Assembly: GCA_019347915.1 (NCBI GenBank)
Contig: JAHWKL010000004.1
Location: 1 to 48,186, forward strand
Direction of reading: 5' to 3'
Length of the DNA: 48,186 bases
Source of the DNA: Actinomycetota bacterium
Lineage (GTDB): Bacteria > Actinomycetota > Acidimicrobiia > Acidimicrobiales > CADCSY01
The position numbers and the translations under genes are program-made. Shown here one piece after another: positions 1-9,645 of the stretch; within the stretch, counting starts at the first letter, position 1; the number at the start of each line of letters is the position of its first letter. The notes below the pieces were generated by a model, which saw only the letters and a program-made list of their open reading frames with translations, was not told the origin of the DNA and did not search any database.

Positions 1-784
1 GGCTTGCGTCGTCGAGGAGAAGGGCCTCGTAGAAGCGGCCGAGGTCGGCGGCGGGCCCCCTGCCGGCGCCGCCGGGCTCGACCTTGGCCCGGTGCCAGGG
101 CCGGTTGTGCACGTCCTCGACGTGGTACGGGCGCATCGACAGCTCGCCGTCCTCGACCACGGGGACCACGTGGCCCGTCCAGTGGACCGGGGCCAGGCGC
201 TCGGCCAGGCGCTCCTGGTCGGCCAGAGGGATGCCCAGCCAGGAGTCGACCATGCCCGCCGGGGCCATCACCTCGTTGTCCAGGTACGCCTGGACGGGCC
301 GGCCGTCGACCACCCGGACGATCTCGCCCAGCACCTTCCATCCCGACGTGGGGTGGTAGCCGGCACGGGTCCCGGGCTCGTACTCGGCCGGGTGGGCGGC
401 GATGCGGGCGATGGCCGCCTCCCAGGTGACGTCCTCGTCGAAGGTCTCGGCCCGGGCGAAGCCGCCCATGTGGGTGAGGACGTGGCGCAGCGTGCAGGCC
501 TGCTTGCCCGAACCCCATCCGGCCACGTAGCGGCCCACGGGGTCGTCCAGCCGCAGCTCGCCCCGCTCTACCAGTTGGAGGACCGCCACCGCGGTGAGTG
601 GCTTGGTGGACGAGTACCACATCGTGATGTGGTCGGGTCGCAGCGGCACCCCGGCCCTCGCCTCGCCCACGGCCACGTCGCACACCACCTCGCCGCCGAG
701 GCTCACGTACAGCTGGGCGCCAGGGTGCAGGCCCTCCGTTCGCTGCCGGTCGAGCAGGGCGACGACGGCGTCGATGTCCGCCAC
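1..784 (-). CDS. Serine hydrolase, beta-lactamase/esterase family (3' end runs off the window)
   Basis: Not in the ORF track. Manual translation from GTG 784 gives MADIDAVVALLDRQRTEGLHPGAQLYVSLGGEVVCDVAVG...WYSSTKPLT (SxxK motif), then LDDPVGRYVAG and LRHVLTHMGGF. Start abuts the upstream TGA at 785-787. Confidence 0.85.
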   Translation of the reverse strand, partial: MADIDAVVALLDRQRTEGLHPGAQLYVSLGGEVVCDVAVGEARAGVPLRPDHITMWYSSTKPLTAVAVLQLVERGELRLDDPVGRYVAGWGSGKQACTLRHVLTHMGGFARAETFDEDVTWEAAIARIAAHPAEYEPGTRAGYHPTSGWKVLGEIVRVVDGRPVQAYLDNEVMAPAGMVDSWLGIPLADQERLAERLAPVHWTGHVVPVVEDGELSMRPYHVEDVHNRPWHRAKVEPGGAGRGPAADLGRFYEALLLDDAS

Positions 785-1531
785 TCAGGCGCCCGGGCGG
801 CGTGGCCGCACGGCCGGGTGAGGGAGGACGGTGGTGATCACCTGGCGCTCGGCCACCGCCGCCAGCAGCCGCTGGTGGACGGGGGAGCCCACCAGGTGCT
901 CGAGCTCGGCGGCCATGCTCGACAGGACGGTCTCGCCTCCCACGAAGGCCTCGGCCTCCTCGATGCACCACCAGTGGAACTCCTGACCACCCTCGCCCCA
1001 GTCGCGCCGCTTCCACTCCCGCACGGTGGAGGTCACGTGACCGACCTCGTCGGTGCTGTCCACCCGCCGGAGCGGCACCTGCCAGCACACCTCCGGCTTC
1101 AGCTCCATGATCGTCCGGCCCCGTCGGTGGGCGGCCTGGTGCAGGGCGCAGCCGGCGCCTCCCGGGAACCCCGCCCGGTTGAGCATGATGCAGGCTCCGT
1201 CCTGGAGCCGGGTGCGCCGGCTCCCGCCAGCGGCCCGGGCGACGATGCCCTTGCGCCGGCCCACGGGAGCGAACTGCCACTCGTCGTCGCCCAGGGTGGC
1301 GGCGATCTCCTCGATCCTCGCCCGGTCGGCGTCGTCGGAGAAGTAGGCCCCGTGCGAGCAGCACCCGATCTCCAGCTCCGGGGCGGGCCCGTCGGGGGCG
1401 ATCCCCGGGCAACCCCGGCCGTAGATGCACGTCCAGCGGCTGAGCAGGAACGTCAGGTCGAACACCCAGGTCCGGTTCTCGTCGGGGTCCTCGAACGAGA
1501 CCCACTCGTGCAGGTCGTCGGGCTCGGTCAT
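785..1531 (-). CDS. Conserved Cys-rich protein, DUF3109-like / putative Fe-S or Zn chelating
   Basis: 248 aa with WTCIYGRGC, GCCSHGA, ACIML, GCALH, KPEVCWQVP; 4-nt overlap with the upstream HAD gene. Confidence 0.75.
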   Translation of the reverse strand: MTEPDDLHEWVSFEDPDENRTWVFDLTFLLSRWTCIYGRGCPGIAPDGPAPELEIGCCSHGAYFSDDADRARIEEIAATLGDDEWQFAPVGRRKGIVARAAGGSRRTRLQDGACIMLNRAGFPGGAGCALHQAAHRRGRTIMELKPEVCWQVPLRRVDSTDEVGHVTSTVREWKRRDWGEGGQEFHWWCIEEAEAFVGGETVLSSMAAELEHLVGSPVHQRLLAAVAERQVITTVLPHPAVRPRRPGA

Positions 1532-2259
1532 GCCGGTGGCCGGTGCCCGCCCCCGTCGTCGTCGTCGCCGCCGTCGCCGCTGTCGCAGAGCCGGCGCAGG
1601 GTGGCCACGTCGAGCGCACCGAAGTCGTCGACGACCAGGGCGGCGCCCTCGAGATCGTGATCCCGGGTGTAGTCGTTGACCACCACGACGCAGGCCAGGT
1701 CGGCGGCGTGGGCGGCCAGCAGCCCGTTGCGCGAGTCCTCCACCGCCAGGGCCGCCGACGGGGGGAGCCGGAGTGCCTCGAGGGCCATCACGTAGGCGGC
1801 GGGGTCAGGCTTTCGGGCCGGCGCCTCGTCTCCGGCCACGATCGTCTCGAAGCGGTCAAGACCGAAGAACCGGTCGAGCAGCGGGGCCACCCATCCGCGG
1901 GAGCCCGTGGTCGCCACCGCCAACCGCACCCCTTCGCCCTCGAGCCGGTCGAGCAGCTCGGCGGTGCCGGGACGGGGCTGCACCTTCCCCTCGGCCACCA
2001 GCTCCTGGAACAGCTCGGTCTTGCGGGCGTGGAGGCGGGGCACCAGCTCGTCGCGCTCGGCGGCGTCCATGCCCTCGTCCTCCAGGTAGGCGTGGAGCCG
2101 GCGCTGGCCTCCGGTGACCTCCAGCAGGCGGCCGTACTGCTCGACGTCCCACCGGTGGTCGAGACCGAACTCCTCGAAGGCCAGGTTGAACGCCACCCGA
2201 TGCCCGTCCCGCTCGCTGTCGGCCAGGGTGCCGTCGACGTCGAGGATCACCGCCTCCAT
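1528..2259 (-). CDS. HAD-IA family phosphatase, CbbY-like
   Basis: DVDGTLADSERDGHRVAFN (motif I plus CbbY-type cap), ATT, KPDP, VEDSRNGL. Confidence 0.85.
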   Translation of the reverse strand: MEAVILDVDGTLADSERDGHRVAFNLAFEEFGLDHRWDVEQYGRLLEVTGGQRRLHAYLEDEGMDAAERDELVPRLHARKTELFQELVAEGKVQPRPGTAELLDRLEGEGVRLAVATTGSRGWVAPLLDRFFGLDRFETIVAGDEAPARKPDPAAYVMALEALRLPPSAALAVEDSRNGLLAAHAADLACVVVVNDYTRDHDLEGAALVVDDFGALDVATLRRLCDSGDGGDDDDGGGHRPPA

Positions 2260-2301
2260 CCCGGCGACGATAGTGCGCTTCCCACGGCCTCCGAGGTGCC
2301 C

Positions 2302-3425
<1,124 letters not shown>

Positions 3426-3429
<4 letters not shown>

Positions 3430-5744
3430 GCTCCGGTCGCCGCCGGCAGCCGCTCGTACAGGGTGGTGCGCTGCTCCAGTCGGCGGCCCAGCGGCTCGAC
3501 CCAGTGGCGGAACTCCCCCTCGGTCATGCGCTGGCCGTGGGAGGCGCCGGCGGCCCGGGAGATGTTCTCGTCCAGCAGGGTGCCGCCCAGGTCGTTGGCG
3601 CCGGCCCGCAGGGCTTGGCGGGCGCCCTCCCGCCCCATCTTCACCCACGACACCTGCACGTTGTCGATCAACCCGTGGTAGGCGATGCGGCCCACGGCGT
3701 GCATGAGCAACGCTTCCCGGAAGGTCGGCCCCCGGCGGCTCCGGCCCTGGAGGTGGATGGGCGCGGCCATGTGCACGAAGGGCAGGGGCACGAACTCGGT
3801 GAACCCGCCGGTCTCCTCCTGCAGGGCGCGGGTCCGCAACAAGTGGCGGGCCCAGTGTCGGGGCCGCTCGACGGAGCCGAACATGATGGTGATGTTCGAG
3901 CGCAGCCCGATGCCGTGGGCGGTGCGGTGGGCCTCGAGCCACTGCTCGGTGTTCACCTTGTCGGGGCACAGGACGGCGCGCACGTCGTCGTCGAGGATCT
4001 CGGCGGCGGTGCCGGGCAGGCTTCGCAGCCCGGCGGCGGCCAGGCGTCGCAGGTAGTCGGCCAGCGGCTCACCCAGGCGCCGGGCGCCCTCGGTCACCTC
4101 CAGGGCGGTGAAGCCGTGGAGGTGCACGCCCGGGGTGACCTCGGAGACGGCCTGGATCACCCGCAGGTAGTACTCACCGTCGAAGTCGGGGTGGATGCCG
4201 CCCTGGAGGCAGACCTCAGTGGCGCCCTGGGCCACCGCCTCCACCGCCCGGGCCTGGATCTCGTCGATCGACAGCAGGTACGGCGCACCCCGCAGGTTCA
4301 GGGACAGGGGCCCCTTGGAGAAGGCGCAGAACCGGCACTTGAAGGTGCACACGTTGGTGTAGTTGATGTTGCGGTTGGCCACCCACGTGACCGTGTCGCC
4401 CACCGCTCGGGCCCGCAGGTCGTCGGCCACCTCGGCCACCGCCTCCACCTCCGGGCCACGGGCGGAGAAGAGGGTGACCAGCTCGTCCTCGGCCGGCTCC
4501 TGGCCGGCGGCCACACCATCGAGCACCTCGCTGACCGCCGTCCCTCCCTTCGACGTTCTTTGTCGACTGGACCCCCGCTGCGGAGGGTCATCCGACAAAG
4601 AACGAGGGGGGCGGGGCAACAGGAGGGGCGGTGGGTGCTCGGCGCCGGCGTGCCAGCGGTCGTCCCGGGCCAGGCCCTCGGCGTCACTGTGGTCGAGCAC
4701 CGCCGCTCGTAGTGACGGGTCGAGCCAGCGCTCCGGCTCGGTCACGTACTCGGGATAGGCGGTCAGCCGGGGGGCGAGGGTCAGCCCCCGCGCCTCGGTG
4801 GCCACTCGCAGTCGCTCCACGTCCGGCCAGGGCCGCTCGGGGTTGACGTGGTCGGGCGTGACCGGCGACACGCCGCCCCAGTCGTCGATACCGGCGTCGA
4901 GGAGGCGGCCGAAGTCGTCGCTCAGGTTGGGCGGCGCTTGGAGGTGGACGTCGGCCGGCAGGACCAGACGGGCGGTGGCCACGGTCCACAGCAGGTCGTC
5001 GGCCGGGCACGGTGGCGTCCCGTGCATGGCCGTGCCCGCCTTGGGCAGGAAGTTCTGGACGATCACCTCCTGCACGTGCCCGTGGCGGCGGTGGGCGGCG
5101 GCGATGGCCTCGATGGCCCGGAGACGATCGCCCCGCGACTCCCCGATGCCCACCAGCACGCCGGTGGTGAAGGGAATGGCCAGCCGTCCGGCTGCCTCCA
5201 GCGTGGCCAACCGCCGCTCCGGCGCCTTGTCCGGAGCCCCCCGGTGGGCGGGGAGATCCGGGGCCAGCGACTCCAGCATCATCCCCTGGGACGCCGAGAC
5301 GCGGCGCAGGCAGGCGAGCTCGTCGGGGAGGAGGGCGCCGGCGTTGGCATGGGGCAGCAGGCCGGTCTCCTCGACCACCAGCCGGCACATGGCGGCCAGG
5401 TAGCCCACCGTGGTCTCGTGGCCGTGCTCGGCCAGCCAGCGGCGGGCGACCGGGTAGCGCAGCTCCGGGCGTTCGCCCAGGGTGAACAGTGCCTCGTGGC
5501 ACCCCGCCGCCGCCCCGGTGCGAGCGATGGCCAGCACCTCGTCGGGGGACAGGTAGGGGGAGGCGACGTGCGCCGGGGGTTCGGCGAAGGTGCAGTAGCC
5601 GCAGCGGTCCCGGCACAGCCGCGTCAGGGGGATGAACACCTTGGGCGACCAGGTCACCCGGTGGCCGTGGGCCGCCGCTCGCACGCCGACGGCGGCGGGC
5701 AACAGCTCGTCGGAGGCCAGGGCGAGGAGCTCGGCGCCGTCCAT
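3426..5744 (-). CDS. fbiC: Bifunctional FO synthase (CofG-CofH fusion), F420 biosynthesis
   Basis: Two radical-SAM CxxxCxxC motifs (CRDRCGYC, CTFKCRFC), VTWSPKVFIPLT, DWGGVSPVTPDHVNPERPWP, NRNINYTN, DLGGTLLDENISRAAG. Confidence 0.95.
4554..4604. repeat. Palindromic element within fbiC coding sequence
   Basis: Perfect 12-bp inverted arms CGTTCTTTGTCG (4554-4565) and CGACAAAGAACG (4593-4604) around an inner GACCC-CCGC/GCGG-A-GGGTC stem. Confidence 0.8.
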
Positions 5745-5813
5745 GGCGGTGACCCTACCTAGGAGGCGGGCTGATCCCGTGGCCCCGTGCCGCAGTGCGC
5801 CTCGGGTCGTCGC

Positions 5814-6770
5814 CTATCCCGGGTGGGACCTTCGGACGGCCATGGCCAGTGCCCCGTCGAACACCGGGTCCGGGCGCAGCTGGAGCAGGGCGGACGCCAG
5901 CAAACCGGCGGTCGTGGCCGGCGGGGCCCCGATCGACGATTCCCACGCCGGTCCCTCACCCTCCACCACCGAGGTGGTGACCGAGGCGGCCGCCTGCTCC
6001 ACGGTGACCTCGACGTCACCGCCGGCCAGCACGACTGAGGGGCCGGCGGTTCGGTCGCCTTCGTCGTCGATGGGGACGCCGGGGAGCCGGTCGGCGATCC
6101 AGCCGGCGAGCAGGGCGCGGTCGAGGTCCCCTCCCGTCACCGTGACCGCCGACACCTGGTCGAGCACGGGGCGCAGCTCCGGCCGGCGCAGCACCATGGC
6201 CAGGTGCCGCCGCAGTGGCAGCAGCCGGAGCCAGGCGAAGTCGGTGACCTGCACCCGCCGGCGCAGGCGGTCGAGCTGCACGATCCCGGCACGGCCGCCG
6301 GCGACGGCGCTGTCGACGATCAGGTGGTCGGTCGTCAGGAGCAGAGCATCCTCGGGGTCGGGGTGGTCCTTGCGGCACCACACCACGACGGGAAGGTCGG
6401 GCAGGGTCAGGGGCTCGACCACCGAGTCGAGGTGGGAGGTGACGTCGCCCGACAGCTCCAGGGCGACGTCGTCGATGCCCAGGCACTGGTCGCCCCGGGG
6501 CAGGAGGTGGACGCCCACCCGGGCGGCCAGGCGGTGCCCGGTGCCCGGGAGCAGGCGCAGGGCCACGACCCTGCTGGGCTGGTTCTGGCCCAGGCCGTGG
6601 ACGGTGTCGAACACCTCGTCCACCTCGGTGGCGGCGTCCCCCACCACCAGCAGGGTCAGGAACGAGGTGCGCACCGCACCCCGGTGGTCGCGACACCGCA
6701 GGTCGTCGAGGGCCTTCAGCACCGACCCCATGGAGGCGGTGTCGTCGCGCCATGTCCCCACGGTGACCAT
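5814..6770 (-). CDS. opcA: Glucose-6-phosphate dehydrogenase assembly protein OpcA
   Basis: RTSFLTLLVV, PSRVVAL, SVVEPLTLPDLPVVVW, LIVDS, TDFAWLRL; directly downstream of zwf. Start could be GTG 6782. Confidence 0.85.
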   Translation of the reverse strand: MVTVGTWRDDTASMGSVLKALDDLRCRDHRGAVRTSFLTLLVVGDAATEVDEVFDTVHGLGQNQPSRVVALRLLPGTGHRLAARVGVHLLPRGDQCLGIDDVALELSGDVTSHLDSVVEPLTLPDLPVVVWCRKDHPDPEDALLLTTDHLIVDSAVAGGRAGIVQLDRLRRRVQVTDFAWLRLLPLRRHLAMVLRRPELRPVLDQVSAVTVTGGDLDRALLAGWIADRLPGVPIDDEGDRTAGPSVVLAGGDVEVTVEQAAASVTTSVVEGEGPAWESSIGAPPATTAGLLASALLQLRPDPVFDGALAMAVRRSHPG

Positions 6771-6813
6771 GCCGGCGCTCACGGGAGGCCCCCCCACCGA
6801 TCGCCTCTCAGGG

Positions 6814-8394
6814 TCACGGTCGCCGCCAGCGCCGGCCGTCGGCCTCCAGCAGGCGATCGCCCTCCACCGGTCCCCAGGTGCCGGCTTCGTAGGGCACCGG
6901 GCGCACGGGTTCCTCGGCCCACGTCTCCAGCAGGGGTTGGACGATGCGCCACGCCTGGTGCACCTCGTCGGTCCGGATGAACAGCGTGGGGTCGCCGAGC
7001 AGAGCGTCGAGCAGGAGGCGTTCGTAGGCCTCGGCCGCCTCCTCCAGGAAGGCGGCGCCGTAGGAGAAGTCCATGGAGACGGTGCGCACGTCGAAGGCCT
7101 GGCCGGGGATCTTGGCGCCGAAGCGCAGGGTGATCCCCTCGTCGGGCTGGATGCGCAGCACCAGGGCATTGGGCCCGAGTTGTGCCGCCTGGGTGGGGGC
7201 AAAGGGAAGGTGGGGCACGCGGGAGAACTCCAGGGCCACCTCGGTGACCCGCTTGGGCAGCCGCTTGCCGGTGCGCAGGTAGAACGGGACCCCGGCCCAG
7301 CGCCAGTTGTCGACCCGCAGGCGCATGGCCACGTAGGTCTCCGTCCGGCTGTCGGGGGCGACGTCATTCTCCTCCAGGTAGCCCGGCACCTCCTCACCCC
7401 CGAGCCAGCCCCGCGCGTACTGGCCCCGCACGGTGTCGGCCAGGACCTCCTCGGGCTCGAGCACGTCGACGGCGTCGAGGGCCTTCACCTTCTCGTTGCG
7501 GATCCCCGTCGGGGACATCGACGCCGGCGGCTCCATGACGGTGAGGGCGAGCACCTGGAGGAGGTGGTTCTGCACGATGTCACGGAGGGCGCCCGCGGTC
7601 TCGTAGAAGCCGGCCCGGTCGCCGACGCCCTCGGACTCGGCCACGGTGATCTGCACCGAATCGACGTACTGGCGGCTCCACACCGGCTCGAAGATGGTGT
7701 TGGCGAAGCGCAGGGCCAGCACGTTCTGCACCGTCTCCTTCCCGAGGTAGTGGTCGATCCGGTAGATCTGGTCCTCCTCGAGCACCTCGTGCAGCTCCTG
7801 GTCGAGCCGGTGGGCGCTGGCCAGGTCCCGCCCGAAAGGCTTCTCGATGACGACGCGGCAGAACTGGCCACCCGGAGCTGGGCGGTGCAGCCCGGCGGCG
7901 CCCAGCTGGTGGACCACGGCGGAGAACACGCCCGGGGGCGTGGACAGGTAGTGGAGACGGTTGCCGGCCGTCCCGTGCTCGCGGTCGAGGTCGTCGAGCG
8001 TCTCGCCCAGGTCCTTGTAGGTGGCCAGGTCGTCGTAGCCGCCGGACACGTAGCGGAAGCCGCCCTCCAGCTGCGACCACGCCTGCTCGTCGACCCCGCC
8101 TCCCGGGCGGCGGCGAGCGGCGGCCTCCACCGCCTGGCGCATCCGGCGGCGGAAGCCCTCGTCACCCAGGTCGGTGCGGCCCACGCCGACCACCGCCGTC
8201 CCCGGCGAGAGCTGGTCCCGGGAGGCGAGTGCCTGGAGAGCGGGCATGAGCTTGCGGCTGGTGAGGTCACCGCTGGCCCCGAAGATGACCACGGCCGCCG
8301 GCGGGGCGGCCCTGTCCACACCGAGACCCTCGAACAGCGGATGGGCCAGGGCGTCGTCGACCGCACGGCCGAGCGTCCCGGTCGAGTCGCCCAT
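6814..8394 (-). CDS. zwf: Glucose-6-phosphate 1-dehydrogenase
   Basis: GASGDLT, IEKPFG, RIDHYLGKE, RWAGVPFYLRTGK. Confidence 0.97.
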   Translation of the reverse strand: MGDSTGTLGRAVDDALAHPLFEGLGVDRAAPPAAVVIFGASGDLTSRKLMPALQALASRDQLSPGTAVVGVGRTDLGDEGFRRRMRQAVEAAARRRPGGGVDEQAWSQLEGGFRYVSGGYDDLATYKDLGETLDDLDREHGTAGNRLHYLSTPPGVFSAVVHQLGAAGLHRPAPGGQFCRVVIEKPFGRDLASAHRLDQELHEVLEEDQIYRIDHYLGKETVQNVLALRFANTIFEPVWSRQYVDSVQITVAESEGVGDRAGFYETAGALRDIVQNHLLQVLALTVMEPPASMSPTGIRNEKVKALDAVDVLEPEEVLADTVRGQYARGWLGGEEVPGYLEENDVAPDSRTETYVAMRLRVDNWRWAGVPFYLRTGKRLPKRVTEVALEFSRVPHLPFAPTQAAQLGPNALVLRIQPDEGITLRFGAKIPGQAFDVRTVSMDFSYGAAFLEEAAEAYERLLLDALLGDPTLFIRTDEVHQAWRIVQPLLETWAEEPVRPVPYEAGTWGPVEGDRLLEADGRRWRRP

Positions 8395-9509
8395 CAGTGG
8401 GCGTCCAACTCGGCGGCTTTCTCCTCCAGGGTGGCGACGGCCTCGTCGTAGGCCTTGGAGAAGGCGCTCACACCCTCTTCCTCGAGCACGCGCCCCACGT
8501 CGTCGATGTCGATGCCGACCCTCTGCAGGTCGTCGAACACCGCCTCGGCCTCGTCGAGGCCCTGTTCCAGGGTGGCGGCGACCGTGCCCTGCTCCTCGAA
8601 GGCCTCCAGCGTGGCCGACGGCATGGTGTCGACCGTGTCAGGACCGATCAGGTTGTCGACGTAGAGGGTCGGAGGGAAGTCGGGGTTCTTGGTCGACGTC
8701 GACGCCCACAGGGGCCGCTGGAGCCGTGCCCCCTTGGCCGCCAGCGCCTCCCAACGGGGCCCCGAGAAGGTCTCCCGGAAGAGGCGATAGGCCAATTTCG
8801 CCTGGGCCAGCGCAGCCCGGCCTCGGAGGGCCAGCGCCTCGGGGGAGCCGATGGCCTCCAAGCGCCGGTCGACCTCGGTGTCCACCCGGCTGATGAAGAA
8901 GGAGGCGACGCTGTGCACCCGGCACAACGACGCCGCCCCGGTGTCGGAGTCGGCCAGCTCCTCCAGGCCCGAGAGGTAGGCCTCCATGACCTCGGCGTAC
9001 CGCGGGATCCCGAAGATCAGGGTGACGTTGATCGACGCGCCTTCGGCGATCATCGTGTGCACCGCGGGGACGCCCTCGGCGGTGCCGGGGATCTTCACCA
9101 GCAGGTTGGGGCGGGACAGGTCGGTGTGGAAGCGGCGGGCAGCCTCGATGCTGGCCGAGGTGTGGCGGGCCAGATCGGGCGCCAGCTCCAGGGACACGAA
9201 CCCGTCGTTGCCGTCGCTCTCGTCGTACAGGGGGCGCAGGGCGTCGAGCGCATCGGCGATGTCGGTCTTGACCATGGCCCAGTAGGCGCGGGGAGCCGAG
9301 CAGCCGTCGGCCACCAGCCGGGCGAACTGGTCGTCGTAGTGCGAGCCCCCGGCCATGGCCTTCTGAAAGATGGACGGGTTCGACGTCACCCCCCGGACGC
9401 CCCGGTCGAGCAGACGGTCGAGGGTGCCGTCCACCAGCCAGTCTCGCCGCAGGTCGTCGACCCACGGGCTCTGGCCCTGCTGGGCGTACAGGTCGTGGAG
9501 CTTGGTCAT
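8394..9509 (-). CDS. tal: Transaldolase
   Basis: GVTSNPSIF, LVKIPGT, NVTLIF, SVASFFISRVD, QRPLWASTSTKNP. Confidence 0.96.
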   Translation of the reverse strand: MTKLHDLYAQQGQSPWVDDLRRDWLVDGTLDRLLDRGVRGVTSNPSIFQKAMAGGSHYDDQFARLVADGCSAPRAYWAMVKTDIADALDALRPLYDESDGNDGFVSLELAPDLARHTSASIEAARRFHTDLSRPNLLVKIPGTAEGVPAVHTMIAEGASINVTLIFGIPRYAEVMEAYLSGLEELADSDTGAASLCRVHSVASFFISRVDTEVDRRLEAIGSPEALALRGRAALAQAKLAYRLFRETFSGPRWEALAAKGARLQRPLWASTSTKNPDFPPTLYVDNLIGPDTVDTMPSATLEAFEEQGTVAATLEQGLDEAEAVFDDLQRVGIDIDDVGRVLEEEGVSAFSKAYDEAVATLEEKAAELDAH

Positions 9510-9588
9510 GGGGAGGACTCCTCGCGCCGGGAATGCTCCTTGCTACCTATCCGAGATGAGGAGGTCGTAGACGCGCGTGGGCGGGCGC

Positions 9589-9628
9589 GAGAAGGGCCGG
9601 GGTGGTTGCCCCGGCCCCGGCCCTTCTC
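9589..9628 (-). terminator. Stem-loop between tkt and tal (terminator or processing/stability hairpin)
   Basis: 14-bp inverted repeat GAGAAGGGCCGGGG (9589-9602) / CCCCGGCCCTTCTC (9615-9628), 17 nt past the tkt stop; weak U-tract. Confidence 0.65.
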
Positions 9629-9645
9629 CTGTCAGATCTCCTGGG

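Noticed and set aside
5632-8451. 939-aa plus-strand ORF, and similar long ORFs such as 92-1660, 1543-3420, 23223-25676, 26983-28869, 35251-38091
   Set aside because: Antisense to well-supported genes, no motifs; expected where stop codons are scarce in high-GC DNA.
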